Virus record (IMG/VR): IMGVR_UViG_3300023184_000025
Coordinates: 124,001 to 188,000 of that record
DNA: 64,000 nucleotides
Reading direction: 5' to 3' (one strand)
The notes beneath the pieces were generated by a model. It had not been told where the DNA came from. It did no database searches and was given only the letters and a program-made list of their open reading frames with translations. This document shows positions 53,101 to 62,600 of this stretch, piece after piece. Both the position numbers and the translations under genes were made by a program. The first letter of the stretch is position 1, and each line of letters starts with the position of its first letter.

Positions 53101-54689
53101 AAACGTCCTCCTATAACTTCAATTACCCCTGGTTCCGAACTTGAATAGTTTTCCAATGCTTTACCAATGATGCACCCTGGTTGATACTCAGCCAGATTTA
53201 ATTTTTTGGCAACTCCTGGAATATCGCTAGAAACTAGTCGATCTCCTTTTTTGATGTCGCCAACAACACGACAAGGAACTCGTCCTAGCAAAGCAACCAA
53301 AACTGCATTAGCATTATTTTCTCCGGCATTCATTATAAATGCAGGATTTGTGGAAATAATGCCGGCAACGGCTGGACTGCTAGAAACAGTGGTAATTGTT
53401 ACTTCAGCTTTGCCACCAAATTCAACAACTGTACCTGGTGGATAAATTTTATCAGCTACATATTTTTCTGCAACGTCAGCATACTGTGCAGATGTGGCCT
53501 TGGCAAATACTGTGTTGTAATATACACTTGAGCTACCAACATTACCGACGCCGTTGGCGTTGCTATTCACAATATTGCCACCAGTTATTGTGCCAGTTCC
53601 TACTGTTAATCCAGCAAAGGTTGGAGTACTGCCAGTTGTTAATCCTGAAATGTCTGCTTGTGCCAGCGTCACTGCACCGGTGCGACTGGCAACCGACGTT
53701 ACTTTGGCATCAGTGTACGTGGTACTGATACTAGATGCAGTCCAAGTTCCGCTAGTCAACGTACCAACACCAGTAATGTTGGTCTGTGACGCAGTGGTCA
53801 ATGTTCCCACAATGCTTGTGCCGCTTAGATTACCTGAAGTGATATTGCCTGTTACTGCCAATGATCCCAGTGTACCAACACCAGTAATGTTGGTCTGTGA
53901 CGCAGTGGTCAATGTTCCCACAATGCTTGTGCCGCTTAGATTACCTGAAGTGATATTGCCTGTTACTGCCAATGACGTCAATGTGCCCACTGATGTGATA
54001 TTTGTTTGTGCGGCTGTCTGTAAAGTACCTGTTAAGTTCGTTGCAACAACAGCAGTAGCACCAATATTGCCTACATTGGCATTGCCGCTAGCATTGAGTG
54101 TTCCAGTGATATTTGCACCAGTTGTTGATACAACAACCACGTTGCTGGTATTAGCAATGCCAACTGTGACATTGCCACCCGAGCTTACAACTCTGACATT
54201 ACTTGTACCACTTTGAATACTGGTTGCATCAATGCCAGTCAGTTGACTACCATTGCCCAAGATGTAACTGCCTGTGATGTTACCTGTTACACCAAGGGTA
54301 CCGGCAATGTTGGCACCTGTGGATGCTACAACAACTACGTTGCTGGTGCCTGCCACGCCTACAGTGACGTTGCCGCCTGAGCTGACCACTCTAACATTAC
54401 TTGTACCACTCTGGATGCTGGTTGCATCAATGCCTGTTAGCTGACTACCGTTGCCTAAAATATAGTTTCCCGACACGTTGCCAGTTACACTTAAACTTGT
54501 TCCGGTATATGTTTTGTTGGCTATAGTTTGAACACAATTTTGTCCAACTAAAGCAAACCCACCAAGGGTAGCACCATCAGCAATGCGCAACACATGAAGA
54601 TCTGTATCAACGGAAATTTCCCCGTTGGCTCCAAGAAAGTTATTATTTTGTACGGTTGTTCCTCGTCTAAATTGGACTACTGTTGGCAT
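53097..54689 (-). CDS. Tail fibre-like protein with QFRRG N-terminal anchor and C-terminal autocleaving chaperone (peptidase G2-like)
   Basis: MPTVVQFRRGTT; GNIT/GNLS repeats; SAQYADVAE..Y..GTVV..GG..EV, VALLGRVP, IIGKALE. Confidence 0.8.
   Translation of the reverse strand: MPTVVQFRRGTTVQNNNFLGANGEISVDTDLHVLRIADGATLGGFALVGQNCVQTIANKTYTGTSLSVTGNVSGNYILGNGSQLTGIDATSIQSGTSNVRVVSSGGNVTVGVAGTSNVVVVASTGANIAGTLGVTGNITGSYILGNGSQLTGIDATSIQSGTSNVRVVSSGGNVTVGIANTSNVVVVSTTGANITGTLNASGNANVGNIGATAVVATNLTGTLQTAAQTNITSVGTLTSLAVTGNITSGNLSGTSIVGTLTTASQTNITGVGTLGSLAVTGNITSGNLSGTSIVGTLTTASQTNITGVGTLTSGTWTASSISTTYTDAKVTSVASRTGAVTLAQADISGLTTGSTPTFAGLTVGTGTITGGNIVNSNANGVGNVGSSSVYYNTVFAKATSAQYADVAEKYVADKIYPPGTVVEFGGKAEVTITTVSSSPAVAGIISTNPAFIMNAGENNANAVLVALLGRVPCRVVGDIKKGDRLVSSDIPGVAKKLNLAEYQPGCIIGKALENYSSSEPGVIEVIGGRL
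53761..53975. repeat. Tandem direct repeat, period 111 nt (37 aa), about 100 nt identical
   Basis: Copies begin near 53761 and 53872. Confidence 0.9.
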
Positions 54690-54724
54690 GAATTATCCTT
54701 ATATACTGTTATATTTATGCGCTA

Positions 54725-56131
54725 TTATGCGCCAACGTAGGCTTCGCCTGTGGCTAAATCGTTGTAGCTCATTGGTCCTTCGGCGCCACAATCAAATGTT
54801 GACGCTATAGATACGCCAAACGCATCAGTTGTGGCTATATCACTCACACTACCGTAATCACCAAACGGGAGGTCAGTGGCTGTTCCATAAGCCAGAGTAT
54901 TCCAACCCACGCCATCGTAAGTTTCAAATGCGCCAGCAGTGGTATTGTAACGTATAGCGCCAGTAACTGCACTACGCTGTTGAGTTGTTCCAACAGGAAC
55001 TGCAAAACTACCTGTGTTATCAATAACAACATCGCCGTTTGCATTTTCAGTAATAATACTATTTCCAAGGTAAATGGTATTGCCAGCTAGATATAAATTA
55101 CTCCAACGATTAGTTGCATTTCCTAAACTATAGGTAACGTCAGTTACAGGGATAAGATTAGAGTTTACATATCTTGAAGAAAAAGATCCATTGGCATATA
55201 GATTACCAAAATTTGCATTGCCTTGTACGCTCAGGCCTCCAGTGACATCAACTAGGCCTGCGCTGGTAATATTGCCTCCGGTAACATTGCCAGTGGCAAT
55301 CACACGGCCGCTGGTGACTACATTGCCACTGTTGATATTTCCTGATGCTGTAATTGCTGTAACATTAGCATTGGTAGCACCAATGTTACCCACATTGGCA
55401 TTGCCAGTCACACTTAATACACCAGTGGTTACTAGATTGCCGCCGGTGACATTACCTGTGGTTGCTAATAGCCCAGGAACATATAGTCCCGACGAAGCAA
55501 ATATTGCAACATTGCTAGTTCCAGCCACACCAACTGTGACATTGCCATCAGAGCTTACAACATTGACATTACTTGTACCGTTGCTGATGGAATTTAAACT
55601 GATGCCAGTGACTCCAATAGAAACTGACCTTGCCGCGGCATTTCCTATAATAGAAATGTTATTACCAGCAGTCAGAGTCAGTGTATCACCAACTGTGTTT
55701 GCCAGCACCGCGGTACTGTTGGCATAGATATTGCCAAATGCAAACGCTGAATTTTGTTCAAATGTAAGTGCAGTGGTTCCAACAACAATGGGATTATTGG
55801 TAGTAAGCTTCCATTGAGTGTCTTTGTAAACAGTACCTTCGGTCACCATTACAATAGTACCAGCTTCTAGTTCTCCAGTCACATCACTGTCTGTGGCTCT
55901 GATCCAAGTACCTGATGATCCACTGCCCACAGTTTGTACTATATACAATCCATTTTGACTACCAGTTGTTTGTCCAGCAACAAGAATCCTATTATTTGTT
56001 GACAAAGAAACACCGTCAACTAAGGCAGGGGCGCCGCCACTTAATGTGACATTTGAAGTCGTGATTACACGCACCGCTTGCTTGTAATCAATGTTTGAAA
56101 TTTGTTGTGCCGATATCCGTGTTAAACCCAT
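54725..56131 (-). CDS. Fibre-like virion structural protein
   Basis: DYKQAVRVITT, RILV..Q..G.QNGLY, GNVTGGN repeats, AIRYNT. Confidence 0.8.
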   Translation of the reverse strand: MGLTRISAQQISNIDYKQAVRVITTSNVTLSGGAPALVDGVSLSTNNRILVAGQTTGSQNGLYIVQTVGSGSSGTWIRATDSDVTGELEAGTIVMVTEGTVYKDTQWKLTTNNPIVVGTTALTFEQNSAFAFGNIYANSTAVLANTVGDTLTLTAGNNISIIGNAAARSVSIGVTGISLNSISNGTSNVNVVSSDGNVTVGVAGTSNVAIFASSGLYVPGLLATTGNVTGGNLVTTGVLSVTGNANVGNIGATNANVTAITASGNINSGNVVTSGRVIATGNVTGGNITSAGLVDVTGGLSVQGNANFGNLYANGSFSSRYVNSNLIPVTDVTYSLGNATNRWSNLYLAGNTIYLGNSIITENANGDVVIDNTGSFAVPVGTTQQRSAVTGAIRYNTTAGAFETYDGVGWNTLAYGTATDLPFGDYGSVSDIATTDAFGVSIASTFDCGAEGPMSYNDLATGEAYVGA

Positions 56132-56160
56132 GTGCCCACCATTTGATCAGATATTTAGTC

Positions 56161-56190
56161 AAAAAAATAGGGCCGTTACGGCCCTATTTT
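56161..56190 (-). terminator. Terminator after the giant fibre gene, followed by TAAATA (56157-56152)
   Basis: 12-bp perfect stem AAAATAGGGCCG/CGGCCCTATTTT, 3-nt loop. Confidence 0.9.
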
Positions 56191-56203
56191 GTCCTTTAGT
56201 TGA

Positions 56204-59200
56204 TTATAGTCGACCTACCACAACTTCAATAACGCCTTCTGTGCCATTAAAGTCGGATAATGCCTTACCAATAACTGTACCAATCTGTGGACTTGTGCAA
56301 GCACAAGCACGACCGTCACCTGCAGAAATCATCATGTCACCTTTACGTACTGTGCCAACTACTTTGGTTGGAACACGACCGGTCAACGCAACAATTGCTG
56401 TGTATTCAGCTTCTAATCCTGAGTTCATGATGTAACTTGGATTTGTAGAAATAACACCTGCCACACTACTTGCGCCAGTGCCAGCTATGGTAACTTCTTT
56501 TGATCCGCCAAACATCATAACAGTACCCGGTTCATACGTAGCGTCTGATTCGTAGTACTCTGCCAAGTCAGCGTACTGAGCTGATGTTGCTTTGGCAAAC
56601 ACAGTATTAAAGTATGTTGTACTTGAACCAATATTACCAACACCGTTGGCGTTGCTATTTACAATGTTGCCACCAGTAATGGTTCCTGTACTGACACTCA
56701 GGTTACCACCAGTGATGTTGCCAGTAACTGTCAATGATCCCAGTGTACCAACTGAAGTAATGTTGGTTTGTGCCGCAGTGGTCAATGTTCCCACAATGTT
56801 GGTACCCGATAGGTTACCACCAGTGACGTTGCCAGATACACCAAGTCCACCTATGATAATAGCAGTACCTGTAGCGGTTGTAGTAGAAGTTGTGTTGGGT
56901 GCATTCAGCTTCATTGCCACGTTGGCTGCCATACTGCCAGCAACTGCAAATCTAATTTGTCCACCAATGTCAACAGCGCCAAGTACTAGATCACTTGGAT
57001 TACCTGCGGCCACATTACCTGTAACGTACAAATACGCATCATTAGGAGTAACTGAGGTACCCATGGCGTTGTTGAGAACTGCTGTGGCACCGTTATATGT
57101 GCTACTGGCAATACCAAAGTCAGCATAATATGTGGCGTCATTACCGTTGTTTGAAGTCAACACCCAGTCACTTGTGGCTGTGTTTCCTGCACTTTGGTTC
57201 TGATTGTTAATCTGAGCGTAGTCATCGTACTGTGATACAAAGTTGACCACAGACTGTGGTAGTATACTAAATCCAGCTGGCAGACCAGCGTACAAGGCAT
57301 TGAAACCAGTGGATGCATTACCAAAGAATTGACCTGAGTTACCAGATATCTGTTGGATGTTACCCGCAATGGTTGTTGTACCAGACACATACAAGTTACC
57401 AATTGTGGCATTACCTGTTGACATGGCAATGCCTCCTGGTGTAATATTACCAGTAACTGTCAATGAACCTAAAGTACCCACGGCAGTAATATTTGTCTGA
57501 CTTGCAGTGGTTAATGTTCCCACAATGTTGGTACCCGATAGGTTACCACCTGTGATGTTGCCAGATACACCTAGTGTACCAGTAATATTGGCTCCTGTGG
57601 AGGCAAATACTGCCACATTTGATGTAGCACCAATACTAACTGTGGCATTGCCGCCCGAGCTCACAACTTTAACATTACTTGTGCCACTTTGAATACTAGT
57701 TGCATCAATACCGGTTAGTTGACTACCATTACCTAGTACGTAGTTACCAGTGATGTTGCCTGTTGCAGTGATATAACCTGTGACATTGGCACCTGTACTA
57801 GTCACAACCGCAACGTTGGCTGTGCCAGCTGAGCTAACAGTGACGTTGCCACTGGCAAATGCTCTAACATTACTTGTACCATTCTGTATACTTGTGGCGT
57901 CAATACCAGTCAACAGACTACCATTACCTAGTACGTAGTTACCAGTGATGTTGCCTGTTGCAGTGATATAACCTGTGACGTTGGCACCGCCTGAGCTTAG
58001 AGTTTGTACTGTTGCACCTGCAATATTGGCACGAACGTTACCACCTGAAGTAAGCACAGATACTGCACTGGTACCGTTGGCAATGGTTGTTGTGTCAACG
58101 CTTGAGCTAGCAATGGTTGCAGGAGTTGTACCATCTGCGGCATAGAATGCCATTTGTCCATTCACTGCTTTGAGCTGTAGGTTGCCTAGGTAAATTGTGC
58201 TACCAGACACATACAAGCTATTCCACCAGCTTGTTGCATTGCCCAATGAGAACGTTGCATTGGCTGTTGGCAAAATATTACCTGTGGCTGAAAGTGTTCC
58301 CTGGCCGTCAACTGCCTCAAGAATTGCAGAACCTGTGGCATTTTGAAGTGCTGTAACTGTGGTTGTAGTTGTTAAAATACGTGCATCAATCACGTCTGTT
58401 GTCAACGGAGCTTCAGTGAATGTCAGCACATTGCCTGTTACAGAATAAGCACTGGTTGGAATCTGTACAACGCCGTTGATTGCAACAATAGTACTGGCAG
58501 TTGTGGAATTTTCACTGAGTACAAACGCTGTTTGGCTGTTAGTCCCGTTGAATTGATCAGAAACAACAACAGTAAATGTTGTACCTGCTGACGTCCACTT
58601 GGAGTTGTCATAGTACTCTAAACTGTTAGATGATGTGTTAAAACGCATCATACCAGTTACACCACTACCTGGACGCTGTAGTGTATTACCCACTGGCATA
58701 ACAATACTAGTTGCAGAATTAAATGCCACTAAGGCATTAACTGTTTGAGTTGCATTTCCAAAGCTGGCTGTGTTTGCTCCGGCATCCACATAAAATACAT
58801 TGGCGGCACCACCATTCACTGCAAAGTCAACGTCGCCCAGGGCTGTGTTAAAGTTTACTCGTCCATTTGTGTCAGTAATGTTATCACCACTGATTTGAAT
58901 GTTGCCTATGTTGGCTTGGCCAGCTGTGGTAATGTTACCGCCAGTGATGTTACCAGTTACACCCAGTGTACCTACAACAGTACCGTTGCCGGTTACTGCC
59001 AGTGTAGCAATATTGGCAATACCTGCTGTGGTTACGTTACCACCAGTGATGTTACCAGTTACACCCAGTGTGCCTACAACAGTACCATTGCCGGTTACTG
59101 CCAGTGTGCCAATGTTGGCAATACCTGCTGTGGTTACGTTACCACCAGTGATGTTGCCTGTGGCCACAATCAAACCAGCTGTGCCTAGGTTACCCACATT

Positions 59201-61234
59201 GGCATTGCCTGTTACACCCAGTGTGCCTACAACAGTACCATTGCCGGTTACTGCCAGTGTGCCAATGTTGGCAATACCTGCTGTGGTTACGTTACCACCT
59301 GTAATGTTACCAGTTACTGATGCTGTTCCTGTGACTTCTAGTGTGCCAATGTTGGCTGTGCCTACTGTGTTTACGTTACCGCCTTTGAGGTTTCCAGTTA
59401 CGTCCAAGCTTGTGCCAGTTGCAACACCAATGTTTGGTGTTGTTAAGTTTGCACTGGCCTTGACAATGATATTGCCGCTGCCATCAAATGCTGTGGTATT
59501 TTGATCAACCTTGGCGCTGAATGTTGTGCTGTTTAATACCAAACCAGCACTGGTGTTGGCTGTGTAGGTCTGTGAACTTGAGAACTGAGCAAAAGTAATA
59601 TTGCTTGTACCAAAAGTAATAACTCCTGGAGGTGCGTCAACAATATATGCAGAACCTTTATTGACATCACCACTCTGTACAAAGAAGTAGTCGTTGATGC
59701 TCAAGTCTGTTGTGCTGTTAGGACCATATGTGTCTGCGTCTGTTGTTCTAGTGATAACAGTTGCGCTGGTGTATTGATATATACCATTTTGTGTGGCGTC
59801 AGCCTGGTCCTTGACCAGGATACGTGTGCCAGCTGTGGCAACGTTGGCAGTATCAATTAAGGTAAATGTACCTGTTGTGGTTAATGTTGCACCAACACCA
59901 GCTGTACCGTTGTTGTAGGTAATGGTGCCACCTGTGGCTGCGGCCAGGTTACCTGTTGTGGCTGCCACTACAGCGGCGTGATATGCCAACTGAGTTGACA
60001 CCATGTTGTCAACATAGACTTTGGATGCGGCATCGTTGGCTTGAACAGGCTGACTCAATCCATTGATGTATGTGCTATTGAGAACAATGTTGCCTGATGT
60101 TGGAGACAAGTTTATGTCGCCAGTGGCTGTGCTAACAGTAATGCCTGATGCTCCACGTACCACTGCTGTGTTTACGTTACCACCGTTGACATTGCCAGTT
60201 GTGGAAATAACACCAGCACCTGCTGATATATTACCACCGGTGATGTTGCCTGTTACGCCTAATGTTGTGGTAACTGTGGCTGCACCAGTCACTGCTAGTG
60301 TGCCAACGTTGGCTATGCCTGCTGTGGTCAAGTTACCACCAGTTACATTACCTGTGGCTGTGATAAAGCCACTAGTGCCTAGGTTGCCAACGTTGGCATT
60401 GCCTGATACACTTAAAGTTACACCTACTACTGCGGCATTGCTGACCAAGTTGCCGCCGGTAATATTACCTGTAGCATTGATTTGCCCGGTAGTTGATAAG
60501 TTTCCAGCTGATAAATTTCCAGTTAGTGTAGTTGATCCAGTAACTGCCAGATTGCCAACATTGGCTGTGCCTGTTGTGGTCAAATTGCCACCGGTGATGT
60601 TGCCAGTTACACCCAGTGTGCCTGCAACAGTACCATTACCTGTCACGGCCAGTGTGCCAATATTGGCTGTACCTGTTGTGGTTACGTTACCACCAGTTAC
60701 ATTACCTGGAGTTGAAATGTTGGCAGCAACTATGTTACCTGTGAAGTTTGTTACATTGCCAACGATGTTGCCTTGAAATTCTGATGTTCCGATTACAATC
60801 AAGTTAGCGCCAATGTTGGCATTGCCCGCACCGGTAAAATTGAATGTTTTCAAACTGGCATAACTTGCGACAGTGACAGTGGTATTGGTTACTTCACTGC
60901 TGGTGTAAACAGTTTCAAACTGACCAGCTGATTCTTTCCAGACAAATGCAATATTTGTACTATTACCGCGTTTGCCAATAAAACCAATATCCAGTGAAGG
61001 AGCACCAGTTTGATTGTCTGCCAATAGTAATATTGGATCTTGAATACTGACATTAACTGTGTCAATTGTGGTAGTTGTACCGTTAACTGTTAAGTTGCCC
61101 GAAACAGTAAGATCACTACCATAGGTAATATTATTGGCAAGTTTTTGTGAGGTTATTGAATAGCTAACCAGCTTAACGTTAGCATCAATGGTTGAATCAG
61201 TAATCTGATTATTTTTAATTCTGGTTACGGCCAT
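56204..61234 (-). CDS. Giant tail fibre/adhesin-like protein (1676 aa) with C-terminal autocleaving chaperone
   Basis: Dense GNITGGN/GNANVG repeats; SAQYADLAEYY, VALTGRVP, VIGKAL. Confidence 0.85.
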   Translation of the reverse strand: MAVTRIKNNQITDSTIDANVKLVSYSITSQKLANNITYGSDLTVSGNLTVNGTTTTIDTVNVSIQDPILLLADNQTGAPSLDIGFIGKRGNSTNIAFVWKESAGQFETVYTSSEVTNTTVTVASYASLKTFNFTGAGNANIGANLIVIGTSEFQGNIVGNVTNFTGNIVAANISTPGNVTGGNVTTTGTANIGTLAVTGNGTVAGTLGVTGNITGGNLTTTGTANVGNLAVTGSTTLTGNLSAGNLSTTGQINATGNITGGNLVSNAAVVGVTLSVSGNANVGNLGTSGFITATGNVTGGNLTTAGIANVGTLAVTGAATVTTTLGVTGNITGGNISAGAGVISTTGNVNGGNVNTAVVRGASGITVSTATGDINLSPTSGNIVLNSTYINGLSQPVQANDAASKVYVDNMVSTQLAYHAAVVAATTGNLAAATGGTITYNNGTAGVGATLTTTGTFTLIDTANVATAGTRILVKDQADATQNGIYQYTSATVITRTTDADTYGPNSTTDLSINDYFFVQSGDVNKGSAYIVDAPPGVITFGTSNITFAQFSSSQTYTANTSAGLVLNSTTFSAKVDQNTTAFDGSGNIIVKASANLTTPNIGVATGTSLDVTGNLKGGNVNTVGTANIGTLEVTGTASVTGNITGGNVTTAGIANIGTLAVTGNGTVVGTLGVTGNANVGNLGTAGLIVATGNITGGNVTTAGIANIGTLAVTGNGTVVGTLGVTGNITGGNVTTAGIANIATLAVTGNGTVVGTLGVTGNITGGNITTAGQANIGNIQISGDNITDTNGRVNFNTALGDVDFAVNGGAANVFYVDAGANTASFGNATQTVNALVAFNSATSIVMPVGNTLQRPGSGVTGMMRFNTSSNSLEYYDNSKWTSAGTTFTVVVSDQFNGTNSQTAFVLSENSTTASTIVAINGVVQIPTSAYSVTGNVLTFTEAPLTTDVIDARILTTTTTVTALQNATGSAILEAVDGQGTLSATGNILPTANATFSLGNATSWWNSLYVSGSTIYLGNLQLKAVNGQMAFYAADGTTPATIASSSVDTTTIANGTSAVSVLTSGGNVRANIAGATVQTLSSGGANVTGYITATGNITGNYVLGNGSLLTGIDATSIQNGTSNVRAFASGNVTVSSAGTANVAVVTSTGANVTGYITATGNITGNYVLGNGSQLTGIDATSIQSGTSNVKVVSSGGNATVSIGATSNVAVFASTGANITGTLGVSGNITGGNLSGTNIVGTLTTASQTNITAVGTLGSLTVTGNITPGGIAMSTGNATIGNLYVSGTTTIAGNIQQISGNSGQFFGNASTGFNALYAGLPAGFSILPQSVVNFVSQYDDYAQINNQNQSAGNTATSDWVLTSNNGNDATYYADFGIASSTYNGATAVLNNAMGTSVTPNDAYLYVTGNVAAGNPSDLVLGAVDIGGQIRFAVAGSMAANVAMKLNAPNTTSTTTATGTAIIIGGLGVSGNVTGGNLSGTNIVGTLTTAAQTNITSVGTLGSLTVTGNITGGNLSVSTGTITGGNIVNSNANGVGNIGSSTTYFNTVFAKATSAQYADLAEYYESDATYEPGTVMMFGGSKEVTIAGTGASSVAGVISTNPSYIMNSGLEAEYTAIVALTGRVPTKVVGTVRKGDMMISAGDGRACACTSPQIGTVIGKALSDFNGTEGVIEVVVGRL
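58941..59310. repeat. Near-identical 102-nt (34-aa) tandem repeats in the fibre gene; further copy near 60590-60705
   Basis: Unit GNITGGNVTTAGIANIGTLAVTGNGTVVGTLGVT; copies at 58941 and 59043, third after a short insert. Confidence 0.9.
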
Positions 61235-61337
61235 TTTTGGTCTCCAATTGGGCTTCTTCGCTACCTATTGAAGCGCCAATAGGTTTTACTATACCTATTT
61301 ATGGTACACCATGAAAAATTAACTGAGTATAGTTGGA

Positions 61338-62600
61338 TTATGAACTAATGTTTGCGCCAAAAGACACACGTTTCCAGGCGCTGTTGGCATAAACAGCTAG
61401 ACAAGGACTGCCGCTGTCACCATTGCTGACATAAATCAATTGACCATTAGCAACATTACCTAGACTGTTGGCCTGTGAAACTGTGTATGTGGGCAACTGT
61501 AGACTGTGTGTGTTTGTTATATTTACCACACCGGGCACAGTTATTGTGAGCTCTTGACCTGATGCGTTGGTAACAGCATTGATTGTGGTCAGCATTGCTG
61601 TGAATCTAACGTCAATCACGTCAGACGCTATTGGAGGCTCAGCAAATGTGATTGAGTTTCCAGCAACTGTGTATGCAATGTCAGGAAACTGTACCACACC
61701 GTTGGTGCTGACAATAACGGCAGCGGCAGTGGTACTTTGGTCCAGTGTAAAAACTGTGGTAGTACCATCCCCTGTGATATATTGATTGGTGATTTCTGAA
61801 ACAGCACCACCAATTCCTGCCCATTGAGCACCGTCCCAAACTTCTACATCTGTTGATCCGGTGTTGTATCGTATTGTACCTTGAACAGGGCTTGCTGGGC
61901 GTTGAGAGGTATTTCCAGTCGGTAACACCAGGCCTGTTGTGGTATCAATAATTGCAAAGCCGTTTCCTGTTGGTTCTAGAATAATATTACCATTAATCTG
62001 ATTGGTAGTTATAGTGGTATTTGCAATTAATATATTGCCAATTGTGGTATTTCCTGGTAGATTTGTAGTTCCAAGTAATCCTGAATATTGATAACCCGCT
62101 ACATAAACCACATTTCCTGCTGTGAGTACTGTGGGAATAGTTTCGCCTATGAAGTTTAACACTCCGGATTGTGTATCAAGGTAATATTCACCCACACCAC
62201 CAATACCAGCAGAAAATATCTGTGTACCAGTTGATTCAATATTGGCAGCGGCGCTGGGTCCAACAAATACTTTTGGCAGCCAGGTAGCGCCAAATTCTTG
62301 TGGAATCCAGTACGTTTTGTTGGTTAACCAAGTGGGTCTGATGGCACCAATAGGCGGGACTGTGGTATCTGGAGTACATTCAATTGCTCCGCTATTTCTA
62401 TAGGCAGTGGTAATTCCGGCAATTGCCTGGGCAGTATTTCCAATTTGATCAGACTGCACCCATACAATATCGCCACGCAACAAAGGTGGACTAGCAATAC
62501 TTTCGTTTGACGCACTCTTGGTTGCGGAGTTGGCAGTTTTTGCAACGCCTTGCAGTTTCTTAAAGAGTAAGTCAACGTATTGTGCAATTGAGACTGCCAT
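61338..62600 (-). CDS. Virion structural protein sharing modules with the fibre genes
   Basis: LVLPTGNTSQRP..GTIRYNT; GDGTTTVFTL..V.TNGVVQ.P..Y modules. Confidence 0.8.
   Translation of the reverse strand: MAVSIAQYVDLLFKKLQGVAKTANSATKSASNESIASPPLLRGDIVWVQSDQIGNTAQAIAGITTAYRNSGAIECTPDTTVPPIGAIRPTWLTNKTYWIPQEFGATWLPKVFVGPSAAANIESTGTQIFSAGIGGVGEYYLDTQSGVLNFIGETIPTVLTAGNVVYVAGYQYSGLLGTTNLPGNTTIGNILIANTTITTNQINGNIILEPTGNGFAIIDTTTGLVLPTGNTSQRPASPVQGTIRYNTGSTDVEVWDGAQWAGIGGAVSEITNQYITGDGTTTVFTLDQSTTAAAVIVSTNGVVQFPDIAYTVAGNSITFAEPPIASDVIDVRFTAMLTTINAVTNASGQELTITVPGVVNITNTHSLQLPTYTVSQANSLGNVANGQLIYVSNGDSGSPCLAVYANSAWKRVSFGANISS

Noticed and set aside
53761-59310. Tandem repeats as a CRISPR array
   Set aside because: Repeats are in-frame coding units of 102-111 nt with no unique spacers and no cas genes.
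53097-61234. Diversity-generating retroelement suggested by the QFRRG (Mtd-N-like) start and duplicated fibre ends
   Set aside because: No reverse transcriptase, no non-coding template repeat, no adenine-specific differences and no C-type lectin end in this window.
53206-61785. Long plus-strand ORFs over the fibre genes (e.g. 53554-54216, 55191-55727, 58899-59504, 60063-60776)
   Set aside because: Antisense shadows of G/N/T/V-rich codons (MLPPVTLPV repeats); no promoter or SD; they mirror the real gene.
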